From assembly GCF_018350175.1 (NCBI RefSeq), contig NC_058368.1, forward strand, positions 217,932,001-217,996,000: a DNA stretch of 64,000 nucleotides, in the 5' to 3' direction. Source of the stretch: Felis catus (taxonomy: Eukaryota). The position numbers and the translations under genes are program-made. The notes beneath the pieces are model-generated. The model saw only the letters and a list, made by a program, of their open reading frames with translations, did not search any database and was not told where the DNA came from. Positions 12,831 to 25,815 of the stretch are shown piece by piece (position 1 is the first letter of the stretch; the number at the start of each line of letters is the position of its first letter).

Positions 12831-13845
12831 ACACTGCTCCCATTTTCTGTGTGTGTCAGATAAAATATTCTACTTATTTATAATCATATGTATATACGTT
12901 AGCATATATATGTGTACATAAATGTCAGGTGAAATACGTAATACAAGAAAAGTTCCATTTCACTATTAATATTCAAGAAGAATTCCATTAAAATGATATT
13001 TAATTAGAGTGGTGTTTTAAGCTGTGTTTTAGCACTATGCCCCATTTTCTTGACTTATGAATCTAATTAAAAAGTCAAGATTACTTGAGTTACTGATGCA
13101 ATTTGGTTGTGGTGTCTGTCTCTGGGTGAGCAATCGTCACTCTAAGAATGTTTTCTAAGTTCTCACCCTCTCTCTTCCCACCCCCTCTTGTGACACATCT
13201 GCCTCAGAAATAGCAAAAAGGAACAAAGCTTGAATTTGAAAAACAGCAGGAAGAGAGGCTCATTTGTTGTTGTACAAAGATTTATGTCAAGCAAACAAAA
13301 AGGATGCTAACCTCCTCTGGTGGACAGTAACGCCCCCATCTAAATGTTACCATGGTTGGTCTTACACTTTGAAAACTCTCACAGTCAGAATATTCACCAC
13401 AGAATGGCAATCTGACAACTGGGTGTGTTTCATGCCATTTATCTATAGAAAAGGCTAAAAATTGCCCCAAGCAGCCTCTGATAAACAGTACCTCTTCCTG
13501 CTAATATTTCCATTATCTGGTCTATTGTTCAACGAAAATATTTTTCCAAGAGATCAATACTATTTGTATGGTTTTTTTGTATTTAGAAAGTTCTACAAAA
13601 ATTTAAATATAATTCATGTAGTGATTATGCAGAAATAATCCATGTAGCCTATCAGTCATTTTAATTAAAAGTAGTGCCAGTTTCATTCTTAGAGCTTTTG
13701 ACAGAGCATATGACAATGACACTTGAAACTGTGAAGAATGCAGCCATGTCTTCTGAATCCCGGAAGCAGGACTCTTGGTAACTATTGTCAATGTATGTAA
13801 TAAATCAGCATTATTATCAATGTGATTCAATATTAAAATAAGTTA

Positions 13846-14100
13846 TAGCATAGAGGATAAAATCATCAATTTTGAATCCAAGCTGCCTGGGTTTGAATCC
13901 TGAATACTCAACATATGACTATGTGACCCCAGGCAAATTTACTTCACTTTCTTCACTCAGTTCCTCTGTCTGTGGAATGGGGATAATAGTAGTTAACTCC
14001 CCACAATAATGGATGTGAGAATTCAAGGATATAAATACGCTTCTGATTGCTTCAGATTTATCACCTAATCAGTGCTCTTAAGTGTCAGGTGTTTTTATTA
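13846..14100 (+). mobile_element. MIR
   Basis: CTGCCTGGGTTTGAATCCTG...TGTGACCCCAGGCAAATTTACTTCAC...CTCAGTTCCTCTGTCTGTGGAATGGGGATAATAGTAG. Confidence 0.85.
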
Positions 14101-14857
14101 CCAGAATTAGTGTTACTATTATCCTCTTATCAGGATGTAGTACATAATAAATTGATTAGCCACAGAGCACTGGAAAACAATAACCTTGCTTGGTTCTTTT
14201 AAGTTCAGTTTTGTCCATTTCTTGACATTAAACTAACACTTCAAAGCAGTCAATAAATTTTAGATCGTACAATTCCTTAAATAACCATCCTAATTGTCCT
14301 TCTAATTTGCCAGTCATAAGCTATTCCAATCCTCCATACACTTGGTTTAAAAAACAAAAGGCATCATAGCTACCAACTTCAAGGTCAAAGTAGAAGACTG
14401 AGCACATTTGAATATATACCTACTTACTGCTCCAAGTACTTTAACATGGTTGGTGTATATTGAAAAAAATACTTCAAAATACATTCCCAAATACAAAAGT
14501 AACAGAGAGAAATCTCCAGAACAAAATGAAGACAAAATCTATAACACTGAATGTAGGAGAAATAAAATTACAAAATGAATGCTTGTGCAGACCTCAAAGC
14601 AGACATTAGGAGCTGTGGTTTGAAAGCCATTGTTAGATAGGAGCTAGGGCCAAGGCCTCAGAGTTCTATTGAGAGCCCACTCTGGGCTCCCTGTTGCAAA
14701 TCAAGGAAGGATTATGCACAATAGGAACCAAACTAACTCTTTCAACCTTAGCCATGTTTGCAGGGGGAAAAATGTCATCTATTCCTCACCATGCTGATCT
14801 AATGTAATAATTGATTCAAGGCAGGAGAATATTTTAAAATCAGGACAAATTAGCACA

Positions 14858-14861
14858 TACA

Positions 14862-14922
<61 letters not shown>
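14858..14922. repeat. Compound (CA)n(GA)n microsatellite
   Basis: Read directly from sequence. Confidence 0.98.
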
Positions 14923-14923
<1 letters not shown>

Positions 14924-15729
14924 CTAAATATAAGCCACTGCTCCAAGGGATGTGCCAGTTACCTCCCAGGAAAGGTAATATCCAGGAAAGATAAACTTAG
15001 CCAAAAACACGGACACACACACGCACAGGGAGAAAGTTGAAAAAAACATAAAAAGCAGTCACTCCCAAGAATGTAAGAATTCATACCTAGTGTATGAAAG
15101 ATTAAAGGGCAGTCTTAAAAGAACTCAATTTAAATATATTTAATATTTAAAAGAATAATATCCTTCACATTACCCACCAAACACAAATAAGGTATTATTA
15201 ACAAAAGCCACATGTTTAAAATAACCTAGAAAATATGTATCACAATGATATTAATAATGGTTAAAGTATACTGAATGCTTAACACATTCCTCTTTTTCTA
15301 AGGCCTTTATATGCTATCTTTCATTTAATTGGTACAAAGCCATTGTTACTAGTCACATACTTACAAATGATGAAATGGAATCAAAAATTATATATGACAA
15401 ATATAACTGGGAGAGTGTTTGAGAACATATTTAAATGCAAAATTTTAAAAATTCATTTTACATCAATCATCTACAAGAATTAAGAGCAAAAAACACCGTA
15501 TTCTGTGAAGCTGCTTTTGTAGTAAGCCAACTTGGTAAAATTCAAGTGATCTGTCTTGATGCTGGAGGACTGTAGAGAACAGTCACCATGTCCCTTACCC
15601 TTCCTGCACATCCATGTTTCAGCTGAGTGTCTGACATAAATTGGGATTGGCTCTCACTGTGGGGAAAAAGATCCTTTCAGATAAATTCTTTAGAGAAAAT
15701 TCATGAGCTCTGGAAGATCATTCTGTGAT

Positions 15730-15772
15730 ATATACATACACATACATACATACATACATACATATACATACA
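15730..15772. repeat. (TACA)n microsatellite
   Basis: Read directly from sequence. Confidence 0.9.
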
Positions 15773-15926
15773 CACAGAGATACAGTGTTTATTAATTTAA
15801 CATTTCAAGAAATACATGCAGAATGATTCAGGCTGTAAATATCAGCATACATATTCCAGTGGCAAAGAAGAATCTGGATTTTAAATAAATGTATTTATTT
15901 CTTTCTTTTGTAGCTTTTCTATTTTA

Positions 15927-16153
15927 TTTTTATTTTATTTCTAATTTTTTTAAACATTTATTATTGACAGACAGAGAGAGACAGAACATGAGCATGGGAG
16001 GGGCAGAGAGAGGAAGACACACAGAATATGAAGCAGGCTCCTGGCTCTGAGCTGTTAGCACAGAGCCTGATGCAGGACTCAAACTCACAAGCCACGAGAT
16101 CAAGACCCGAGCTGAAGTCGGATGCTTAACTGACTGAGCCACCTAGGCACCCC
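15927..16153 (-). mobile_element. CanSINE
   Basis: 18-bp TSD TGTAGCTTTT(C/T)TATTTTA at 15909-15926 and 16154-16171. Confidence 0.95.
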
Positions 16154-18187
16154 TGTAGCTTTTTTATTTTAAAGTAAGGTGACAGCTTTCACCATTCATG
16201 ATGCAGACGTACTTCAGGAGAGACCGCAAGCAATCTTATCAACTGCATTACTCTGGAATGACACAATACGCCTCAAGATTCCTAGCAGAAGACATTCTTT
16301 TTCATTTACTGCAAATAATATATTAAAGCCATTTTTGTCATTTCCACAAATAATCAATGTTATTTTAGATAAATATAAAACTGTAATTTCTGATCTATTC
16401 ATTTCTTTTCACCTCACCTACATTTACAGTAAATCATGTACTAGTTCCAAAAAGGACCAGATGAAGTTTGTTTACAGCAGTTACTCCCCAAATGTTGATT
16501 CTTTATTTCCCCCTCTTTGACACTCTCATTTTAGGGTCCCGGTGTCCCCTTACCACTTCCCTACCCTCTCAACCTTTTTTTCCATTTCCCTTGCCCCATT
16601 ATTTCCTCACAAAATACTGCTTTAGCCGACAGTGTGCATACACTTTCCTTTCCATGGCGTGTTATTCATTATATTAAGGTGGAAACTAATTCATGGTCAC
16701 ATATTAACAGTTATTGGATAGCTGGTCAGCCCTTCTTTCAATTAATGTGTGAATCTAACAGGCATTTCCTAGCTGTCTTTTTCAACTGTACACCTTAGCC
16801 AACAACCCTTTCAGTTTGAGGCAGGAGTTATTTGAGCCACTGAAACATGTGAAAAATAATGTTTAAATGCGATGGCTAGATAATGAGCCAGCTACTTTGG
16901 GGAAACCACCAAACATACCCAAGCCAGCTTTTTTTTTTTTTTCATCTAAATGGTAGTTGGCTCCTCCATTAGAGAAAAATTCAAGTGATAGAGTTCACCT
17001 TTTCCCGTGGCCCAGTACATGGTGATGGCCAGAACAGCCCCACACAATGCAATGAAAATAGGTGTGTGCTACCTATGTATATAGGTAACAAGTTGATTTT
17101 TTAATAACCCACTCTGCTAATTCTGAATTCAGAACCATAACTTCTACTGGAGTTAGGACACTATCCTTCTCCAATCTAAGCCATTTATTTTCACTATCTT
17201 GTAATTGCTTGCCTATTTCTCTATAAACTCTGAGAAGGAAAGCTGACTTTTTACTTTGTCTGCCATGACACCAGGCACAGGATTTGCAGTGCACGTGTTA
17301 GTACTATGGATGGAGAGGGGTCGCTTTAAGATCTCTCTCTCTACATTTTCCCTACTCACAGAAGCCCAGTATTCATTACAAGTTTAAGTAGTCTAGAGTG
17401 TTTAAAAATCATTCACAGTTTGAGTCTGGAAACAGGCCCATTCCTACCACATTCTTTGTTTTATTTGAAAATTTAGAACTTGTCAAAATTGCAAAGTCAG
17501 CTGGAAGTAAATGTCCCTGAACTAATCCTACTGTATCAGCATGTACACAACAGTCATGAACGGGTTTGTTTGGACTACGATATCCTTAAACTAGACATTA
17601 GTCCTTAAAGTCACATTTTCATGGTGATAAACCAAATTTTCTGTAACATCCCATTCAGAATCATCTGTATGTTCACAGAGGTGTAATGATCAAGTCCTCA
17701 GACAACAGAAGCTATAAGTCCAGTTACAACAAAATCAGGGATTTGCTTAGCTTTATAGAACAGTTAGAATCAGGAAGCCACTGCTTCTGTTAACACAGAA
17801 AATCCTCATTCCGGTGAAAAGAAACATTGGGTAGAGAATATATTTGAAATAGAGAAAATTCCCTGAGGTAACATGGCAGGTGAACTACAAGAATAATGAG
17901 CTTTGAGCAGGAAAACATAGGCTCATTTGTAAGAAATAAATGACCAAAAAAAATATTATGAATTAGAAAAGCATAGTCTGAAACAGCAGCTAGATATTTA
18001 AATTATTAAATACCATTTTAAATAGGGGTGATTTAAAAATATATGCATGAAGTCTGATGAATTCAGCTTTGACGTATGTAAATACAAGATGAATTAAAAT
18101 GTGCTTTGAAAAAATGAACAAATCATGTTGATTTAAAATATTGATTGTAAAAAATAAAAATAAATAAAAACCAAAAAACTGATTACA

Positions 18188-18398
18188 CGGTCACCTGGGT
18201 GGCTCATTTGGTTGAGCGTCTGACTTTGGCTCACATCATGATTTCATGGTTCGTGAGTTTGAGTCCCACATCGGGCTCATTGATGTCAGCACAGAGCCTG
18301 CTTTGGATCCTCTGTCCCCATCTCTCTCTGCCCCTCACCTGTGCATTCCCTCTCTCTCTCTCTCTCTAATAAACATTAAAAAGCTAAAAAAAATAAAA
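18188..18398 (+). mobile_element. CanSINE
   Basis: CACCTGGGTGGCTCA head, (CT)n, A tail. Confidence 0.93.
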
Positions 18399-20228
18399 AG
18401 TGATTTTATATTGTCTCATGGTATTACATGTATTACATGATATTAAACTCCATATGGGGTGCAAGGTTGGAAATATTTAAAATAACAAAAAATCCTATGG
18501 TGAATAGATAAAACATGCAAACATATTTGGATAATGCATATAGATTTATTCTGTTTTTCACAGGTAAGAAACACCTAATCTGGACACAATAAACTTTCTT
18601 CGAATATATCATATAAAAATACTGAGAAGTTTTATTCAAGAAAATATAACACCAAAGACTTTATCAACTTAAAAAAAACAGCATAGCTTTTGTAATATTA
18701 GAACAAATGGAATACCACTAAAGGAAAAAAAGAAAGAATTTACAAATAAAAATTGAATTTGTGCCACACAGAAAAATATATTCTTAAATCAAAATGCATA
18801 TTATAAACTATTTTTATAAACATAGGTCGTCTGTAATATGGGTGCTTAAAATGGGATTTTCCAACAAAAAGACCTCAAAGACACTATAGACCCTTTGAAC
18901 TTCTTACGAATATTTTCCTATTCTTCCTCTCAATTTTTTTTTCTTAGAATATGGTTGAATTGAAAGGAAAAATAGGCTCAACAAAAACTTGGAGCTATTA
19001 TCCCAAGACTATTTACTTTCCAATTTTTATCATTTTACCTTTCACTGGATAATTCAACACACTTTGTTGATAAAAGAACAGAGATCAACAGAATTTGAAA
19101 TGAATTAAAGATATGTTTATTTTAAATCTTGATATTTTGCATTATAATCATGAGTTGAATCAAAATCTCATCCACATATGAAGTTTTAAAAAAGTGATGG
19201 GAAATAGTTCTGTGACCTTGGTGACCTAATTTGCCTTCAACTAATTAATTCATTCCTTGTTGTAAAATTTTAAATGTCAATTATCAAGAAGAGAAGGTTT
19301 TGAAGTGTATTTGGCAAAATTCCAAATATAAGACAAAGAAGCCATTTATTTGAGAACTGTTGGCTTTTGCCTTGTTTGAATAAAACATTTAAATCCTAAG
19401 CCAGCCATAAATAGCAAAAATAGGCAAATGTCCAAATATTAGAATTTGTTATGTACTTTTTAGAGGCTTCTACCACTTACTCTACATTCTTTCACAGGTC
19501 ATTATATTCATTATCTCATATAACCTTCAAAAACACTTGATATAGTGGTTACCTATTTTTTTTTTCATTTTTACAACACAAGGTAACCAATACTCAGAAG
19601 AGTAAAGCCTTTTCCCAGGTGGATAGCACTGTATTTGACTCTTATATTGACTTCACTTGACACTTCAAAATGAAAGATAACTTGGAATATTAAAAAGTTA
19701 ATAAAGATTAAAATGATCTCAATTTTCTTTATAGATCTTTAAAACGTTAAGTGGATTTCTTCTGTTTTGCAACTTCTCTTCTAAAGTACAATGAACATCA
19801 TTATTTCAGATTTATGCTTTTCATGGAGAAATAGGACTTCAATCAATAATCATTCATCTGATTTAAGGACGATCTATCAAAATCATCCATCTGATTTAAG
19901 GAAGATCTATCATTTAAAATGTAGGCAAATACATGAATCATTCCAGGAGATCTGTTATTTGTTAACTTTTTTGAGAAGCTGAGTTCAAATGGGTTTGGAA
20001 ACAAAACTCAGAAGAAAAATATACTAATATTGTATTTGCTCTTTCAGTACTAGTTTTAGATAAAGTAGAAAATAATTTTTAATTGTGGGTTTTGTTATAT
20101 CCCCTGATATTTTAATATTTTCTAGAAATTTAATGTCAATAAATACAAATAAAATCATGCAATTATAGCTAATTTTAACATTGATTCATAAAATACTAGA
20201 TGAAATATATACTAAATCTGTGTTGCTA

Positions 20229-20415
20229 GGGGCACCTGGGTGGCTAAGTCAGTTAAGGGTCTGACTTCTGCTCAGGTCATGATCTCATGATTCATGAGTT
20301 CGAGCCTCACATCGGGCTCTGCATTGACAGCTAGGAGCCTGCTTGGGATCATCTGTCTCCCTCTCTCTTTGCTCCTCCACCTCCTCTCTCTCTCAAAAAT
20401 AAATAAACAAAAAAA
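20229..20415 (+). mobile_element. CanSINE
   Basis: GGGGCACCTGGGTGGCT head; imperfect TSD AAATCTGTGTTGCTA/AAATCTCTGTTACCA. Confidence 0.93.
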
Positions 20416-21299
20416 TCTCTGTTACCAATAAGACAACAACTTATTCTAGGTTCTTAAGAGTCCTTATTTTAGAATTTTTCCTCTTGAAATAAAAAAAAAT
20501 GTAGAATGGGAGTAAAAGTGTCTTATTTCTTCCTACAAAAATTTTATACATTGATTTGTATAGGATTCAGACTTAATAAAAACATTTTGTATTTGTATAT
20601 ATGTATATTATCTCCATGCTACCATTTTAGACTGATTTTTTTCATTTGTAATTTCCCATGGTGATATACTCCTAGATGCATTAAGACTCTATTACAGAAT
20701 TTAGTAGTCACTACCTGCATTCTAAAATTGTATGATTATTCACAACTCTTTATGTGTTTGCTATTTGTTTGGTACATTTTGGGCAATTCGTTACCTAAAG
20801 GGATGCATTTAGTTTTGCTAAGTCAAGGAATTCTGTTAATTAAATACCTTACATTAAAAAAATTATATTTGTATAGCTGCCTTTGACTTTTCTGAAAGAA
20901 ATGGGCAATGTTAGAATGGAAAATGGAAAAATTAAGTCAAAATGCAGAATGATGGATTAGAGCTTAGATGCTTGACTTATCTTGCTGTTATTACAACCAT
21001 TCAATGAGAGTACTTGCCTCTTTGATCTAAGTGCAATGCCAAATTCCGCCTTTCAAAATATGAAGGGTTGAGACCCACTTCTGTAATTAAAAATTTTCTT
21101 TAGGTTTTGCTTTTCACTTGTATTGTTCTCTGTGAATGGATCTGGGTTTTTAATTAGATTATAGTAAAGCCAAAAAATATGGCAACTATGTTTAGTGAAA
21201 CGATTTCTGGACTCTGTTCCTCAGTGTTAATTGTAGCACTATATTTCTCTAGGTCTCTCAGTACTTCTGGACAACCATCTTTAAAGCTTTGATGTACTC

Positions 21300-21737
21300 A
21301 CTTCTGAAGTCTGGCACCTAGACTCTCCTACAACCGCCCTTGAACTCCGGGAATCATTTGTTCACAAGAACAGAGGTTCCGAAGTACCTGAGAGTCTAGT
21401 CCACATTCTCAGTCTCCAACGACTGACTATTGCTGGAGCAGGAAAGCCCAGCTCCCTTGTCTGGAGTTGGGCCAAATTCTGAGGATAAGTTACACAGCAG
21501 TGTTCTGCTGCTGCATGACCACACTGAAACTGGGACCTTGCCTAGAGTCACATGTGTTATTGGTATCTTTCTTGACCTGTTTCTCCCACTATCCTATATG
21601 TTGTTCTTTTTCTTTTTCTTTTTCTTTTTCTTTTTCTTTCTCTTTTTCTTTTTCTTTTTCTTTTTGGAAGCAAATTCTTTACAAACCCGTTGCACAAGAA
21701 TCATCATCTAAGTTTTTTCTGGGGAACCCAACTTACA
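21300..21737 (+). mobile_element. ERVL LTR (LTR16-like) with (TTTTTC)n expansion at about 21605-21665
   Basis: GGAAAGCCCAGCTCCCTTG core and LTR16-type end TTGCACAAGAATCATCATCT...TTCTGGGGAACCCAAC. Confidence 0.7.
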
Positions 21738-21834
21738 ACAATAATAATAAGTTTTTACTTTATTTCTTCCAAAGGTCAAGCGCATTAATATGGATTGAGT
21801 GATAAATATGCACTATAACTTCTAGTGTGGAGAC

Positions 21835-22495
21835 TAGATTAGTGTTATTAGGTCAGGCTGAGGGTGACAGCAAACATAAAATAACAGTGCATTCAAAAAG
21901 ATCAAAGTTTCTCTCTCACATATGTATGGGCAGCTTGGGGTCAGCATGAATTTTTTTTGAACGCCAGGGACCAATTTTCCCTCTATTTTCTATCTTGTTT
22001 GAAAGACTTAGACACTTCAGTTAAATGTGTTGATTGTGTTTTACAAACTTCCAGAAGGTACATTAGAATGGAGAAAGAGGGGCGCCTGGGTGGCACAGTC
22101 GGTTAAGCGTCCGACTTCAGCCAGGTCACGATCTTGCAGTCCGTGAGTTCGAGCCCCACGTCAGGCTCTGGGCTGATGGCTCAGAGCCTGGAGCCTGTTT
22201 CCAATTCTGTGTCTCCCTCTGTCTCTGCCCCTCCCCCGTTCATGCTCTGTCTCTCTCTGTCCCAAAAATAAAAAAAACGTTGAAAAAAAAAAAAAGAATG
22301 GAGAAAGAATTCCCTTCAGTTTAAAGGCACTTTTCAATAGTTTAGAAGACCACCTTGGGACTGAGATTATCATAAGGACAAACCTTGTGGCAAAGAAGGA
22401 TGAGAAATGTACTTTACTTTGGGTGGTCATAGGCCTAGTAAATTTTAACAGGGTGCTTTAAATGGAAATAATGGGACAATGAATATTAGGGAAAA
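21835..22495 (-). mobile_element. Ancient MaLR LTR (MLT1-like) split by a SINE
   Basis: AAAATAACAGTG...AAGTTTCTCTCTCACAT...CCAGGGACC and GCAAAGAAGGATGAGAAATGTA...GGGTGGTCAT...TGAATATTAGG. Confidence 0.55.
22079..22294 (+). mobile_element. Young felid SINEC_Fc-type SINE
   Basis: Perfect 14-bp TSD AGAATGGAGAAAGA at 22065-22078 and 22295-22308. Confidence 0.97.
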
Positions 22496-23534
22496 AAGAA
22501 AAAAACGGACTTCATCTTTTCTCTTAAGTATCGAATTTACCACACAGGAATGTTTTAGACATTACAAAAATGTCAATTAAAAGTATTTCAAAGACTTCTT
22601 TATAACCAGTTAACTGCACTTTTGTTATTTTAGTTGAAGAAATAAGCCAAAAATATAAAAATACAATAAATTTGAGGCAAATCTAAAAGGCATAAAAGTC
22701 TGTGAAATGGCTGCAGGTGACTTTTAAAGCTACTCAGTGTATTCTGGCATCCAGCTCATTATCCCAAAAGTCTGCTTCAATGCAAGACTTCCTCTCCAGT
22801 AAAGATTCATTCTTGTTATATGACTCTAAAGAACTGTTTCAGCTCCTTAAATAGGCAGAAATGCTGGTCTCCTTTGTGTTGTGATTTTGCAGAAAGATTC
22901 GCATGAATAAATATTTTGAAACCATCAACTCAGGTATCTAACATTCAGCAAGTCTGTTCAGAAATATGTTTACTGAGAAAATTACCATTTTACATAGAAA
23001 AAGACTCTGTATCTAGAAAAAAATATTTCACTGGGATGACAAATGTTCAGTTTCAGTCTGACCTCCAAGAGAGTCTCAGAAGCCCTAACACTAATTCTTT
23101 CATTAGGTTTGCAGAGAAATTTACCTAATTAATACAGTCTATTTAATAAAAATATGGTTTAAAATAAGTTTCACTTGGCTTTTTAAGAGCTTTAAACTCC
23201 ATGAAGACAAGAGTTATGGGATCTTTTATATTCACATTTTATCACCAGGACTTAAAATAGTGCCTTGCCTGAAGTAGAAATGTGATGTTTGTTGAATTAA
23301 GTATTAATACAGAAATGTGTTAATGGATAAGGAGTACACACTAGTATTTTAGATTATTCAGCGATCCAAAGTAAGAGAAGGAGTATCTCATTATACTAGC
23401 TAGGGAATTCCAGTGGTGAGAAATCCAAACTGTGAGCTTAGGTTTACTTCCTCTGCAAATGTTAAAATCATTTTCTTTTTGACCCAAATAGTAAAGGAAA
23501 CTTGAAAATTAGAACATACATCTTCTTGTTTGTC

Positions 23535-23733
23535 TGTGTTTATTTTGAGAAAGAGAGAGAGAGAGAAGGAGAGGGAGGGGCAGAGAGAGAGGGAGAGAGA
23601 ATCCCAAGCAGTGCAAAGTCCTCACTATCAGTGCAAAGTCCAATACAAGGCTTGATCTCAGGAACCATGAGATCATGACCTGACCCAAAATCAAGGATCA
23701 GATGCTTAACTGACTGAGCCACCAAGGCACCCT
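23535..23733 (-). mobile_element. CanSINE
   Basis: Antisense SINE ending GAGCCACCAAGGCACCC. Confidence 0.93.
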
Positions 23734-25731
23734 GAGAGCATGTATTTTCTAAAAGCCATGATACTCATGCTTAGTGTCTGTTATCTGCGTGCCACTCCAA
23801 ATTATAAAAAACATGGAGATTGACACCATAACTATATCAATGTATGCATAGTGTTATAGACATTTTCATGACACAATGGAGGGTTTAGCAACTATTTTTT
23901 TTAAATGAATAAATAAAAGTTAAATGAATGAAAGGCATAAGAAAGCTAAAAGAACGGGAAGGTTTACTGACAGTATAAAGAAATACATGTTCAGTCGTTA
24001 GAGATTACACTCTCGAAAGTATTCTAGATTCAGAATATAGATGTTACTTCAGCTTCCTGGTGAGACTCAACTTGAGTCTTCCAGGCAACACTCCCACATC
24101 TACAAATAGTATACGTAGTCAGATTTCAGAGGTAGGATGGTAAAGGGCACTGAATGGTCTGTGGATTAAGTCCCATGATAGACTTAGAATCCAATCAAGA
24201 TTTATCTGGACAGAGAAGATTCAAATAAGCTATGACTGGAAAATGAAAAACAGAATTGAATAGAGCCAGTAAGAGTCTAAACCACTGGGAGAAAAGACCT
24301 AGAAGAAGGGCCCTCCAATGTATAGAGCATGAAATACAATCACTCAAACTCTACAATATCTTCACATATGTTTGCATACCTCCAAAATGTGTTACGTTTG
24401 TAGTGTTGTCTGTAGTTTCTAAGAGATGGCAGTATGCGCTTGTCCATGCTTATAAATAGCAAGATGGGGGGGGGGGTGTCTCTTACCTTTATCACTGAAC
24501 CCAGTATTCACTTTTCAACAAGTTCTCTGATCTTATTCTCTGACAGAATGCCAATGTTGCTTTAGAGAAAGATAAAAAAATAATTAGCCTTTCATTAGGG
24601 ATACTAACTAAAAAAAAAAAAAAAGGATTCAAGTTGGGAATTTATAAATTCCCAGTAGAAATATGGATGCAAAAGTCTGTTCGTGCATAAAAAAATCAGC
24701 CATGGCTTTACAGTATTGTTATATATCTAATGGTTGTCCTTTGTGTGAAATAAGTACAATACGAATAATTCAAACTTACTAATTATGTAGTAATCACCTA
24801 TTATTTGCCTGGACCACTTACTTGCTTTCAATATAGGCAGAACTTCACTTATCAGGTGCCGGTTATTTGACCTAATTAGTATGCTTATGCATATTTAGCT
24901 TGTTCTTTTGTTTACCTAAAAGATAAGTAAAACATTTATAGAATGACTATAAATTAAAAAAAAATAATGAATCCAACATATGTTCCTTTTTAAATACTTG
25001 GAGAATCATGAAACAGATATTTTCTAGTAGTTTTAGAGTGATGTTAAATTTTCAGTTGAACAATAGAAGATGGATTAGAATTCTTTGAAAACAATCTCGT
25101 TTTATTGTAACCAGTGCAAGAAAAAGAGAAAATAAAATAATCCAGGTCATTAGTCTTACCCTTAATTTTTGTAATTTGGCAAGAGCCAATTATGATTGTA
25201 TTATTTGACGATATTTTATTATCACAAATAATTTAGAAAGGAAATTACCAAATATGAGAAAATTGTGCAATTGTTGCTATTTTCGTTAAAACCTGTGATA
25301 TACTATTCTGACAATTCAATATCGAGGAAAGTAACTTTTACCTCCACAATTATTTTGTTCAGAGGTTTTCACCATATTGAAGGAAGTATAGCCAACTACT
25401 ATATCCACAATATATGGTTTGCTTCAATGATGTTACGGCTCTTTAATGAACATAATTTGAATTGATTTCAAGTATGAATTTCAAAGATACTCTTATATTT
25501 GGATTATTTTTTATAGAAGACAAAATAACCTAAGATGAATACAAATGTGATCAGAGATGTATAATGGCCACTCAATCATAGTCACCCATGGTGAGAAGAA
25601 ATTTCATGGAGTGAGAATCAAAAGGCATTGCTTGTCTTCCCCTTAAGACGAAAATCTACTGGCCAGAATGAGAATGGGTTGCTCACAGGCATGCCTTAAT
25701 TCACTGAATAATGACTATGCTTTTATGGCAG

Positions 25732-25815
25732 AAATTCAAGTCAGATGAGGGCCTGAAAGAGTACTCAGTGGGAAGTAACCGTACTTCCCTGGAGATGAGG
25801 AACTTTGGAACTGAG
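25732..25815 (+). other. Candidate 84-nt internal exon (unassigned)
   Basis: Acceptor TGCTTTTATGGCAG| and consensus donor GAG|GTAAGT; frame open (KFKSDEGLKEYSVGSNRTSLEMRNFGTE); protein not recognised. Confidence 0.2.

Noticed and set aside
14370..14820. Possible ancient L1M/HAL1 5' region
   Set aside because: Resemblance too degenerate to call by eye.
21430..21802. ORFs with poly-F or (FS)n resembling membrane segments
   Set aside because: Produced by (TTTTTC)n inside an LTR16-like element.
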